From: Anaerolineae bacterium
Lineage (GTDB): Bacteria; Chloroflexota; Anaerolineae; Aggregatilineales; Phototrophicaceae
DNA length: 64,000 nt
Reading direction: 5' to 3'
NCBI GenBank assembly: GCA_022843385.1
Contig: JALHNT010000013.1
Location: forward strand, 62,197-126,196
Notes under the pieces: generated by a model
The model's input: only the letters and a program-made list of their open reading frames with translations
Database searches by the model: none
Told to the model about the DNA's origin: nothing
Part shown: positions 18,739 to 29,089 of the stretch, one piece after another
How the letters are laid out: each line of letters begins with the position of its first letter
How positions within the stretch are numbered: position 1 is the first letter of the stretch
Made by a program: the position numbers and the translations under genes

Positions 18739-21700
18739 CTATTTGTTGACGACGATGCTATCAACACTCAGCGTTTGACCGAAGTTCAAACTCTCAATGC
18801 CCACCGTATGCGTACCATTGCCCAAGCCCAGGAAGGCGATTGGAACCTGGTAGGAGAGCGCGCCATTCTGACTGAAGGTTACACAGCGAGGCCGTGTATG
18901 GTAATTGCCCGCGTCTGTTGATGCGCACATCTGCCCGACAGCGGTGCCGCTTGGTCCGGTTGACTGATACAGGATGAACGAGGTTCCCTGCATCCTGAAC
19001 TGTACCAATCCACCACGCATCGACGTCGAGCGTTGAGTTGTACCGGAGTATGGTGGGTCATAGCCCAAAAGGTTTCCGAAGGCATCCCGGATTGGCAACC
19101 CAACCTGTGTTGACCACTGCCAGACAGGGCCATAGCTGATTCCAAGCGCGTTTTCCTCATATGTCCCCGGGGTCAGCGCTGCACCCTGATTACCATAAAC
19201 CAGGATCGACATGATAGTCAGGCGCTGATTGGTGGCTGTCAGGTTACGAATACGGGCGGTATGGGTCCCCTGCTTCAGACCAGAGACTGAATACCCCACC
19301 CAGAACTGTCCAGTTCCGGCTGTCGAAACAGCAGGCTGACCGTTATCCGTGTTGCAGATCTCAGGCTGTCCAGCCTGGGTATAGCAGATCTGCATCGGCG
19401 CGCCATTGGTCGGCGCATAGGAGATGATCGAGAAGCCGGTGCCAGTGAACGAGAAGCTGGCCTGTGCATTCGGTACGGTGGTGAAGCGCGACGGCGATGC
19501 TGCTGTGCCGGTCGTCGGATCAACCTGCCAGTCCGTGCCCGAATAGGTGATGTTCGGATTAGTCTCTTCGTTCAGACCGGGTTGCAGCGGCAGCGGGCTG
19601 GCCGTATTTAGAACATAGATTGCATCCAGGTCGATGAAAGTGGCATTGGTCGGTGACTCATTCGTCACCACCACATTGTACGATGTACCAGTGTTCAACC
19701 CGGAGAGAGTCGCCGGGAATTGCCAGGCCAGACCCGCGCTGGTAGCCGTATTTGTTATACAGCTCTCAGTGCCGCTTGGGAGCGGGATTGCACAGATTTT
19801 CATCGCCCCGGCTGTCGGATAGCCGGTGCGGAGGATCGCGACGGCGTTCGCGTTGCTGATGCGGAAACTGAACCGCGCGTTCGGCACGACGGTGTATCGG
19901 ATGACATCCTTGCTTGGCCCGCTATCGCTGGGAGCCGCATACGTCAGCCAGGCCAGCGGATCATCATAGGCTATCTGCAAGTTATCTTCCTGATACAGTC
20001 CTGGGGTTAGCGGCGTCTGTTCAGCGAAGACCTCGATTTTATCCAGATCAATGAACTGATTGATTTGACTGGACAGGTTGAAGATGGCGACGGTATAGGT
20101 ACCGTTGGTCAATGGGCGAACCGATGCCGGTTGCTGCCATTTGAACGGACCCGTGCTGGGCCCGATATCCACCACCCGATTCTCAACTGGGTTAAGGGCC
20201 GGATTCGTGCAGTCCGCTGGATTCGTGGCGGCGATCTGACCCGGCCACACACATAGCCGGAACGAGCCACCTATGGTCGACCCACGACTGCCATACAACG
20301 TGAACCCGGCACCGGTGATGAAGAACTTGGCGCGCGAATTCGGGTTGTTGCCGAGCGTATAGTCCAGATCATTGTTGGAAGGACCAGCAACAAAGAAACT
20401 CGTCCACCCTGGACCGGCGTAGATTACATTCGAGTTGTTGCTTTCATACACACCAGGTGTCAGCGGTTGGGCCGCCCCAACAACCTCAACTTTGTCAATG
20501 TTGATGCTTAACCCGGCTATAGTTGAAACATTCTCGATCAGCACATTGTAGGGCGGAGACAATGGTGAACCACTCAGGTTCCCCAGATCACGGATGGTAA
20601 TCGGCTGTTGATTCAGGGTTGTGGTCGAGAAATTCTGGTAAGTCGTATCAACAATCGGCGGTGTTACACCCGTCTTGGTGATCCTGACCCGCATCGATCC
20701 ACCCGTGGGCGAGATCTGCCGGTAAATTACCAGACCATCGCCGTTGATCGAGAAGCTTACAGTGTCGTTCGCCGTCACCGACAGACGCAACCGTCCGCCC
20801 GACACACCACTGACTCCCGAGACATCTCGCCAGCCACCGCTATAGATCAGACGGGCCTCGGTCTCTTCATAGACCCCAATCGGCAGTGGGGTAGTGGTGC
20901 TGGTCGGCAAAACCTGAATCGCATCGATATCGATATACTGGTTGCCGATAGTATTGATGATTTCGACCGTGTTCACCTGACCAATGCGGTCCGGCGGCAA
21001 CTGGATATAGGTCAGTGTCTGATAGGTCAGCGCGGAGGCTGTACCAACGAATGTATCTGGCGATAACTGAGTGCCAGTGCCGTTATTGAGACGGACACGC
21101 ATTGTACCCGCGTTGGTTGGATACTTCGCCCGATAGAGGATGAAGCCTGATGTCTGATTGGTCAACTGGAATTTAGCTGTGGCGTTCAGGGTTGATGTGA
21201 GGTGCATCGTTCCTGCTGATGGTCCAGTCACGCCGACATTGCTTTCCCAGCCCGACCCATACTCAATGTTCAGATCATCGTTCTCATAGAACCCCGGCCC
21301 AATCGCTGCTGTGAGCGGTTGCAGCACAATCGCGTCGATGTCGCCATACACAGCCGGCGCAGCAACAGTTGATGTGACCGTGAAGGTATAGGTGATCGCC
21401 GGGTTCAGACGTGGGATGGTAAACCCTTGCTGCCAGGCAAAAAGCGGTACGGTGTTCGTCATGTTGAAGCTGGAGATACCATCCAGGTTGGCTGGCGAGA
21501 GCTGCACCACGGCGTTCCCCGTTGTTGGGCCGACCGATCGGATAATCTGGGCGCTGATAGCGTTGGTGACCTTGAAGGTGTAGCTATCGTTGTTGGTCAG
21601 TGTGTAGCGGAATGCCCCGCCAGATGGCCCTGCGCTGTTGGACGAAATCCATTTGGCGCTGTTGTAGCCAATGCGTGGATCATTCTCTTCATACCGCACC

Positions 21701-24700
21701 TTGGTAGTTGGGTTCATGACCGCATTATCGGCCAGTACTTCCACCGCATCCAGATCCATGAAGCCGGAGTTATTTGTGATCGTGATCTTGTAGTTCTTGG
21801 TCGCATCCGGCAGGATGATCATATGCGACTGGCGGAAGAGTAGCGCTGATGAGAAATTACTTACTGCGCTACAGACCGGTGCGATCACGCCTTCCTGATA
21901 ACATACCTGCATCGAACCGCCATTGTTGGCGGTAGCGCGATACAGAATGACGCGCTTGGCCTGGGTCACATTGAATTCAATGCCTGCCCCACTATTGATC
22001 GAATACTTGCTCGATGCACCGGAAGCAGCGCTGTTGATAAACTCAACCCAGTTCGTCTGTGGATCCTTGAAAGTGACATCCGGGAAGCTCTCTTCGTAGT
22101 AGCCCGGAGCCAGATTACCGATTGCGCCCGAAACCTGTACCGCATCCAGATCGATGTAGCGGCTGGTCGTGCCGGAGGTATTGCGGATGGTGATGCGATA
22201 CGTCTTCAACGGGTCGAGGCCATTGATGATGTATGGCCGCTGATAGATGATCGCGCCCGCATTGTTATTCACCAGGAATGGCGCACCGGTGATGCGTTCC
22301 TGGACATCAACTGACATGCTGCCCGCCGATGGACCGATGCTGCGATACAGCACCACACGACGTGCCTGCGTCACATCGAAGTAGGCAAAATCACTGCTGC
22401 CATAGCTGAAGTTCATTGTGTTGTTGAACGGGCCACTACCAACGAAGCTGGTCCATCCACTGCCGCTGAAGACGATGTCGTTGGAGGTGTTGTCATATGG
22501 TGTGACCGAGGGCACCAGTGGCACCGGGGCCGGCAGCGCCTCGATCTGGTCAACATCAATGAACTGTGCTGTTGTGCCTTCAAAACGCACTGTAATCACA
22601 TGCGTGAGATCCGGCTTCAAGCCCGTGATCGTTATTGGCTGAGTCCATTGGAAGCTGCCCGTGTTATTGATCGTTCGTAGCAGCTCGCCATTCAGTTCGA
22701 TTCGCATATTGCCAGCGGTCGGGTAGATCAAACGTCTGATGATGAAGCCACCAGAGTTCTGCACACGGAAGCTGAAGCTGGCTCCAGGACGAGTCGTGTA
22801 CCGGACAGAGCCACCAGCCGGCCCCGAAGGAGCCGCATAGGATACCCAGCCCGCACTATAGGCGATTTTGTCAGATGTGTCTTCGTATACGACCCCTGGA
22901 GTCAGGATGCCCGGTTGACCGAAGACTTCAATCGCATCCAGGTCAATGTACAACCGCGTATCGGTCGATGCATTACGAATCCGAACCGTGTGAACGGAAT
23001 CGCTCAGACCCCGTATCTGTAACGGTTGCTGCCAGAGGTAGGCTGGTGCATAGCCATTGTACAGATTACAGATGCCATCAATACAAACTTCCATCAGGCC
23101 AGCCAGCGGTCCTGTCAGACGATAGAGCGCCATGCCAGTGCCCTGGATCTTGAAATCGATGGTGGCGTTCGCCTCCAACGTATAAACCATACGGTTATTC
23201 ACTGGCCCGGTCGCGGTGTAGGGCACCCAGCTCTTCTTATAGAGCAGGTTCAGGCTGTCTTCGTTATAGAGTGTGCCAGGCTTCAGGATACCAGAACCAA
23301 CTTCTATCTGATCGATGATCAGAAAATTCCCACTTCCACCCGGATTCACAGCCACACGAACCGAATTTGCCTGATCAGCATTAAAGCCGCGGCAGATCAG
23401 GGTGTAAGTGGCATAGCCTGCTGCGCCATTCAGCGTATTAGACTGGGCATCCGGTTCGAGGCCATTCAATGAGTTGATGCAACTGAAGTCTGCGCCCAGA
23501 GCCGTCTTCGTTTCGGCGTAGGTCTTCCATTGGTTGCTGGCGAGATTCTGACTGGTATTGAATTCCAACTTGAGTGTGTTGGTGATGCCAATCGCCGAAA
23601 TCAGATTCATGCGGATAACATTGCCAGCGAACGGGAATTCAAACCTATCGTTGACTGTCAGCGTGTAGTGCAGGTTATTGTTGCTGTAGACATTCTGCCC
23701 CAGATACGGCACCCAGCCATTCCCCTGATACGCAATTGCCAGGCTGGTATCATCCCAGATGCCTTCGCGCGCCAGCGACGGCAGCACCACGATTGTTGCT
23801 ACCCGGTTTGGTGTCGCCTGTCCATCGCGATCCACCACTCGATAGTTGAATCGGTAAAAGCCTGTCTGACCAATGACCGGGTTGATGGTAATCCGCCCAC
23901 CATTGGTCTCAGCTGCGTTCAGCGCATCGGTGATAACCTGCTGTGTTGAGGTACAGCCAGGGTTGCATAACAACAAGTTGGCGTTGTTCGTGGAGTCCTG
24001 AGATACAAACTGATAATCAAACGGGAAGTCGCTGCTGCTCTGGCCCATGCGCGTCAGACCAAAATTGTCAGTCTGGTAGGCAGGAGTCAACTGGTAGGTA
24101 ACCGGCAGCGTGTAATCAGTGACGATGGTGAAATCCTGTGCATCCGGTGTACCGCTTTCGTTAACCGGCGTGATCGTCACGCGCATCTGATTGCTGGTGA
24201 CTTGCCCAGGATAAAAGACCCGATCTTCAACGCTGAAGGGGATGATGACCGGTTGGTTGGTCCCATACTGGGTGTGGAAGTCCGGCGGCGGGCAGTAAGT
24301 GACCGTCTTGGGCGGGATGAACACGAAGGCCTGACCGCGACAGGCACTGTTCGGATCCGAGTTAAAATTCGCTGGCCCGGAAGTCACGGTGAAGGTATTG
24401 ACATAACCACCGGTTGCCTTGAGTGTCAGGCTGACCGCTCCCGTGTCTTCATTGACGGTTGCGGTAACCAGATCGGCTGCCGGGGGTTGTGGCACATCCA
24501 GTTCATAGGCGCCCACATCCAGCCGGTCAACCGTCGGGGTTTGTGTGATATTCGGACTGAGCTTAACACGCTCACCTCCGATGATGTCCAGTGCTACCGT
24601 CTTGTACGACGCGCCAAACAGCGTCACCAGTACCGTCTCATCAGCGCGATTCAGACCACCGCAGCCAGTTATCGACGGAGAACAGGCCGGCGCAAACGGA

Positions 24701-27700
24701 TTGCCGTAGATGTTTTCCAGGATCGGCAATAGGCGCCAGGGATTGTTCGGGTCGGCATAGGTGCCCACTGAGCCGAAAAAGACCTTGCTTTCGTTCGTAT
24801 CGTCAATGACTTCGGTGATGCTGCCGGAGACATTGGTATCGCCAAGCTGATTGGCGCAGGCACCGCTGTCCGGCATCGTGGCTGGCACAAACCAGTTATT
24901 GCGCAGCGGAACATCGGTGCCGTTAAAAGAGTCACAGCCGATGAGCAAGCCAGGTACCGGGTCACTTACCAGACCCGCGCTCGTACCACCGTTCTTGTAG
25001 AACAGGTTGTTATGCAATTCGAGTCGACGGCTGCTTTGCTGATTCTGGTGGACCAGCGGATCGCTCGCGTACAGACCCGGATTTCCATACAACACCATCG
25101 CATCATAGAAGCCCGATGCGGACATGGTATTGTTAACGACCGTGTTGTTGATGAAGCGGGTGCGATCACTCTTCAGCAGATTGATGACTGGCCCCTGGAC
25201 ATCATTGTCGGTCATGACATTGCTGAAGAAGCGTACTTCGCCCGTCGCCGCATTTAGCGCGTTACCCGTAGTATTGCCGGGATCTCCCGGGCCAATGAAG
25301 ATTGGAACAACATACCACTGGCTGATACCGACCAGCGCCGCGCTCTTGTTGTTGACAAAGCGGTTGCGATAAATGTGGATCGGCGTTGCTTCGACGCCGA
25401 TGACCGACGGCAGGAATAACGGCACGTTCTGGGACGCTTCAATTTCATTGCCAAAGAACGAATTGCCCTCCACCACCACAGTGCTGATGAAGGCCGGCGT
25501 AATGCCAGGGCCGCCGTCCGTATCCTGCCAGCCGGACCTGCTGATGTATAGCGCCGCTGTCGCCTGGACGCCACCGCTGACCTGTCCCGGTGGGCGCTTA
25601 AAGTTCTGGAAGATGTTGTTGGTGATGCGTGCTGCAGGGGCGTTTCGGATCGTCAGCGGTCCGCTGAACCCAACGAAAATATTGCTGTCGATGATCAGGC
25701 TGGTGCTGACAAGGCTGCTGTCCATCTCGACCGTGAAGAGATCAAGATTGCGCACGCCATCGAACAGACCGCGCACCTTGCCGGCATTAACCGTAAAGCC
25801 AGCAAAGGAGAAGTTATTCTTCAGCACATTGATGGCCGCGCTGGCGCTGGGCGCTTTCTTATTCAGCCAGAGATAGGTCGGCAGGTTATAGAAATTGGCC
25901 GCCGCATCATACGACACCAAACCTCTGGGTTGTTCACCGGTGGGGACAAAGATCGGTGTTGTGTACTCGCCCGGCATCACCACCACACAGTCGTTCAGAC
26001 CTGCCTGGCGAATGGCCTGTGCGATGCTGAAGAAGGGCTTGCTGATCGAGCCGTCCGGCGCGACATCAAGGTTGGCCTGACCCACATAGAATGTGTTGGG
26101 TGCCGACGGACAGTAGGGCGCGAGGTTATCGGGCGCAGCCGGCGGATTGGCGACGATGCTCAGGTCGAAGGTCGGGCTACCGAGGCCGGTCAGACCCGCA
26201 CCATAAATCATATCGAAACCATCAGCGCTCAACTGGTTCGGCGGCGCTGTGGTTGCCGACAGATCAACGGTATGCGTCTGGAGATAATTCTTCATGGCAA
26301 TGAATGCCGACTCACCGTTGTTATCGAACGCATTCATGCCCGTGTTGGTGTTAGAGGTCAGCAGTGCCACCATACCGGCTACGTGAGCAGCGGCAGCGGA
26401 TGTGCCGTTGAAGCCAGTACCGTTGCTACAATAATCCTGGGGATCGGCGTTGGTATCGACCGCTGAGGTGCTGATGCTGACGTGTGACGGACCAACCACA
26501 TCCGGCTTGACCAGATTGCGGCTATAGGGCGGAGCAGGCAGCACTTGAATGTTACCACCGGGACTGTACAGCGGGCCGCGCGCACTGTCATCCATGATGG
26601 GGAAATTGCTCAACGGATCGATACAGGCTGCACCGACTGAAATCACGTCAGTTGAGTCCGCCGGGCGACCCATGCTGCCGGCGTTCGCCACCACACCAGC
26701 ACCGGGCGGTGTCAGTGTGCCACGACCAGCGATCTGCACCTGCACAATCGCACCGCCACCCGGAGTCACCGTCAAGGTTGCAGCACAACCAGTAGCACAT
26801 GAGCTGGCAGGGACAACCGCGAACGCTCCGGGTCGCCCAGCCAAAGGCGTCATTCCGGCAACGCCGGGAATGCCCGATGTAAACGAAGCTGTAGCACCGC
26901 CACCGGTCCAGGCGTTCCAACTGGCGTGAATGATATCGCCACCGAACACCGTCATCGAGATGGTCGCTGTGGCATTCAGGGTGACATAGCGACCATTGTT
27001 ATTGCCGGCGCTGACGATCACGATACGACCGGCCTGGCGCGCGGCTGACAGCGCACCATATACACCAGCCATCGGGTTAACTGCGTTACCGCCAGTGCCA
27101 TCGCCCGGGCTGGCTGATGCGCCCAGATCGAGAGTGATCAGGATGACTTTGAAAGCGCCGCTGGAGTTGATGATATTCAGCGTGTTTGCCAGGCTTGTGC
27201 CGTCGAAGGCCGAATACATATATACCTTTGCCCCGGAAGCGACATCGCACAGCACTTCAACCACACGCAAGCCATGTGCGCCGCTGCCCACACCACCCGT
27301 GACACCGGTGCTTCCCAGACAGCCGTGTTCAGCCGTGATCGCGCCGTTGAAGCCAGTGTCGATTACCGCGATGTTGACGCCCGTGCCGGTGATGCTCACA
27401 TCATGCCAGGCCTCGGCACCCACCGCGTCGTAGCCTTCACTGATCGTCGGGCCAATCGGCGCAGCCAGCACACCCGAAGCCGGGCCGGTTGAAACTGCCC
27501 GCAGCGGAACTTCGATGCCGCTCACTTCCGGCATATTGGCGATCTTGATGACCGTCGTCCAATCCAACAGGGTGGTCACGCGAATGCTGAACGTCTCGGT
27601 GATTATGCCACCATCCGCCTGTACTGTTGCGGCAACGGTTGCCGCTTCGGCTTCACTGTTGGCCCAGATCACAACGCTCAGGCGATTATTCTCATCTGGC

Positions 27701-28890
27701 ACAATGGCATACTCTGCTGCCAATACTTGCGCGCCAGCCTCATCACCGCTTAGATACAGTGCCAACGCATCGCCCAGCGCGGGCGGCATCTTGGCACGCC
27801 CTGCTTCGCTCAGGCTTAAGGGTGCCTCTGCTTCAGCGGTAGCTTCGGGATCGAGGGTGGCTTCAGCCGTCGCCTCTGCTTCGAGAGTGGCTTCTGCCGT
27901 AGCTTCAACTGTCGCCTCAGTTGTAGACTCAGCCTCAATGGTGGCTTCAGCCGTTACATCAGGAAGGGGGACAAAAGTCACTTCTTCCGTCGCAACTACC
28001 ACCGGCGTCTCAGTGATTGGCAGACCAGTAGGAGGGGCATCGAGCCGCGTCAGCCCGACATCATCCAGCGCGACGGTGCCACTGTTGGTGCTGCCTGTGG
28101 TAAACATCATCAGGTTCACGCCCAACAGTCCGGCATCACTGACTGAAACGGGCAGCAGGTCATCGACCTTGACCGCCAGTAAATTGCCAGGAGCGAGGAT
28201 TTGCACAGTATGCCAAGTCGCTCCGAACGGTGCTGCCGGATCGACGGGCAAACCAGCCGACTGTCCGAGCAGCGCGCCGTCCAGCGAAATGCTGGTGGAT
28301 GAGTCCGCATTAATTTGGATCTGATAATTTTTCACACCTGAAGCCAGCGTCAGAATCACACTGTTGCCGGTTTCGATGCGCGTCCGGAAGGACAGGGTGA
28401 AGAACGGCCAGTTCACTGCCTGCAGGATAGCCGCTTCGTTCGGATTCAGGGTGCTCAGGAAGCGATTGCCATCCTGTTCCTGAATCGCCCACCCCGGGGA
28501 CAATGACCAGCCAGTGGTTTCATTGTCCTGGAAATCGTCATTGAACAAATTCGGGTCAACCGAAGGCACGGTTGAGGTTGGCGCAAACGGCAGTTCCTCG
28601 ATCGGGGCCGGGGTCTGGCTGGCTTGCTCCAGAGCTTCCTGTATTTCTGCCGGCAGCGTCGGCGGGACTTCTGTCGGCTGCTCGCTGGGAATGACCGGTA
28701 CGTCCGTCGGGACATCGCTCGGAACCGCCGTTGGAATATCAGTTGGAACTTCCGTAGGGGTTACATCACTCACCGGGGGTTCCGGCGTCGGTGACGAATC
28801 CTGTGCAAGAGTACCCGCAGCCGACAGCGATAAAAGGGCTGTCATTGCCACAAGCGCCAGGAATTTGGTTATCCATGAGGTTGCCCTCAT
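18739..28890 (-). CDS. Giant secreted multidomain S8 (subtilisin-like) peptidase with a beta-helix, Ig-like domains and 12 CBM-like repeats (3383 aa)
   Basis: GGAGG SD and signal peptide. S8 motifs IAVIDTGF, HG, SAGN, GTSAAAAHVAG. DGSISKPFFSIAQA..MPGEY opens a beta-helix that ends at DVGAYE. Twelve repeats follow the pattern G.YEE...I.Y.G.W...IDLDAI.V. Confidence 0.88.
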   Translation of the reverse strand: MRATSWITKFLALVAMTALLSLSAAGTLAQDSSPTPEPPVSDVTPTEVPTDIPTAVPSDVPTDVPVIPSEQPTEVPPTLPAEIQEALEQASQTPAPIEELPFAPTSTVPSVDPNLFNDDFQDNETTGWSLSPGWAIQEQDGNRFLSTLNPNEAAILQAVNWPFFTLSFRTRIETGNSVILTLASGVKNYQIQINADSSTSISLDGALLGQSAGLPVDPAAPFGATWHTVQILAPGNLLAVKVDDLLPVSVSDAGLLGVNLMMFTTGSTNSGTVALDDVGLTRLDAPPTGLPITETPVVVATEEVTFVPLPDVTAEATIEAESTTEATVEATAEATLEAEATAEATLDPEATAEAEAPLSLSEAGRAKMPPALGDALALYLSGDEAGAQVLAAEYAIVPDENNRLSVVIWANSEAEAATVAATVQADGGIITETFSIRVTTLLDWTTVIKIANMPEVSGIEVPLRAVSTGPASGVLAAPIGPTISEGYDAVGAEAWHDVSITGTGVNIAVIDTGFNGAITAEHGCLGSTGVTGGVGSGAHGLRVVEVLCDVASGAKVYMYSAFDGTSLANTLNIINSSGAFKVILITLDLGASASPGDGTGGNAVNPMAGVYGALSAARQAGRIVIVSAGNNNGRYVTLNATATISMTVFGGDIIHASWNAWTGGGATASFTSGIPGVAGMTPLAGRPGAFAVVPASSCATGCAATLTVTPGGGAIVQVQIAGRGTLTPPGAGVVANAGSMGRPADSTDVISVGAACIDPLSNFPIMDDSARGPLYSPGGNIQVLPAPPYSRNLVKPDVVGPSHVSISTSAVDTNADPQDYCSNGTGFNGTSAAAAHVAGMVALLTSNTNTGMNAFDNNGESAFIAMKNYLQTHTVDLSATTAPPNQLSADGFDMIYGAGLTGLGSPTFDLSIVANPPAAPDNLAPYCPSAPNTFYVGQANLDVAPDGSISKPFFSIAQAIRQAGLNDCVVVMPGEYTTPIFVPTGEQPRGLVSYDAAANFYNLPTYLWLNKKAPSASAAINVLKNNFSFAGFTVNAGKVRGLFDGVRNLDLFTVEMDSSLVSTSLIIDSNIFVGFSGPLTIRNAPAARITNNIFQNFKRPPGQVSGGVQATAALYISRSGWQDTDGGPGITPAFISTVVVEGNSFFGNEIEASQNVPLFLPSVIGVEATPIHIYRNRFVNNKSAALVGISQWYVVPIFIGPGDPGNTTGNALNAATGEVRFFSNVMTDNDVQGPVINLLKSDRTRFINNTVVNNTMSASGFYDAMVLYGNPGLYASDPLVHQNQQSSRRLELHNNLFYKNGGTSAGLVSDPVPGLLIGCDSFNGTDVPLRNNWFVPATMPDSGACANQLGDTNVSGSITEVIDDTNESKVFFGSVGTYADPNNPWRLLPILENIYGNPFAPACSPSITGCGGLNRADETVLVTLFGASYKTVALDIIGGERVKLSPNITQTPTVDRLDVGAYELDVPQPPAADLVTATVNEDTGAVSLTLKATGGYVNTFTVTSGPANFNSDPNSACRGQAFVFIPPKTVTYCPPPDFHTQYGTNQPVIIPFSVEDRVFYPGQVTSNQMRVTITPVNESGTPDAQDFTIVTDYTLPVTYQLTPAYQTDNFGLTRMGQSSSDFPFDYQFVSQDSTNNANLLLCNPGCTSTQQVITDALNAAETNGGRITINPVIGQTGFYRFNYRVVDRDGQATPNRVATIVVLPSLAREGIWDDTSLAIAYQGNGWVPYLGQNVYSNNNLHYTLTVNDRFEFPFAGNVIRMNLISAIGITNTLKLEFNTSQNLASNQWKTYAETKTALGADFSCINSLNGLEPDAQSNTLNGAAGYATYTLICRGFNADQANSVRVAVNPGGSGNFLIIDQIEVGSGILKPGTLYNEDSLNLLYKKSWVPYTATGPVNNRMVYTLEANATIDFKIQGTGMALYRLTGPLAGLMEVCIDGICNLYNGYAPAYLWQQPLQIRGLSDSVHTVRIRNASTDTRLYIDLDAIEVFGQPGILTPGVVYEDTSDKIAYSAGWVSYAAPSGPAGGSVRYTTRPGASFSFRVQNSGGFIIRRLIYPTAGNMRIELNGELLRTINNTGSFQWTQPITITGLKPDLTHVITVRFEGTTAQFIDVDQIEALPAPVPLVPSVTPYDNTSNDIVFSGSGWTSFVGSGPFNNTMNFSYGSSDFAYFDVTQARRVVLYRSIGPSAGSMSVDVQERITGAPFLVNNNAGAIIYQRPYIINGLDPLKTYRITIRNTSGTTSRYIDLDAVQVSGAIGNLAPGYYEESFPDVTFKDPQTNWVEFINSAASGASSKYSINSGAGIEFNVTQAKRVILYRATANNGGSMQVCYQEGVIAPVCSAVSNFSSALLFRQSHMIILPDATKNYKITITNNSGFMDLDAVEVLADNAVMNPTTKVRYEENDPRIGYNSAKWISSNSAGPSGGAFRYTLTNNDSYTFKVTNAISAQIIRSVGPTTGNAVVQLSPANLDGISSFNMTNTVPLFAWQQGFTIPRLNPAITYTFTVTSTVAAPAVYGDIDAIVLQPLTAAIGPGFYENDDLNIEYGSGWESNVGVTGPSAGTMHLTSTLNATAKFQLTNQTSGFILYRAKYPTNAGTMRVRLNNGTGTQLSPDTFVGTASALTYQTLTYIQLPPDRIGQVNTVEIINTIGNQYIDIDAIQVLPTSTTTPLPIGVYEETEARLIYSGGWRDVSGVSGVSGGRLRLSVTANDTVSFSINGDGLVIYRQISPTGGSMRVRITKTGVTPPIVDTTYQNFSTTTLNQQPITIRDLGNLSGSPLSPPYNVLIENVSTIAGLSINIDKVEVVGAAQPLTPGVYESNNSNVIYAGPGWTSFFVAGPSNNDLDYTLGNNPNSRAKFFITGAGFTLYGSRGSTIGGSFRLCVWPGQIAATNPADCTNPALNPVENRVVDIGPSTGPFKWQQPASVRPLTNGTYTVAIFNLSSQINQFIDLDKIEVFAEQTPLTPGLYQEDNLQIAYDDPLAWLTYAAPSDSGPSKDVIRYTVVPNARFSFRISNANAVAILRTGYPTAGAMKICAIPLPSGTESCITNTATSAGLAWQFPATLSGLNTGTSYNVVVTNESPTNATFIDLDAIYVLNTASPLPLQPGLNEETNPNITYSGTDWQVDPTTGTAASPSRFTTVPNAQASFSFTGTGFSIISYAPTNGAPMQICYTQAGQPEICNTDNGQPAVSTAGTGQFWVGYSVSGLKQGTHTARIRNLTATNQRLTIMSILVYGNQGAALTPGTYEENALGISYGPVWQWSTQVGLPIRDAFGNLLGYDPPYSGTTQRSTSMRGGLVQFRMQGTSFILYQSTGPSGTAVGQMCASTDAGNYHTRPRCVTFSQNGALSYQVPIAFLGLGNGTHTVGIESLNFGQTLSVDSIVVNK

Positions 28891-29056
28891 ATGCGGCCTC
28901 CAGTATCACGTTTCTAAAAACGAAATGAGATGAGTCAAGCCTAATACCGCTGATCCGCGCAAAAGGTTACGAACCTGCGATGCTTTCATTTTATGAGATT
29001 TGTAAAATGACAATCGTTAAGGAACACCAGAGCTTGTCAGAAGTTTTCGACAATCA

Positions 29057-29081
29057 CCAGGGGCGTTCAATTCACCCCCGG
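29057..29081 (-). terminator. Hairpin downstream of the VanW-like gene
   Basis: CCGGGGGTG-AATTGAA-CGCCCCTGG on the minus strand. Confidence 0.45.
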
Positions 29082-29089
29082 CTCAATCG

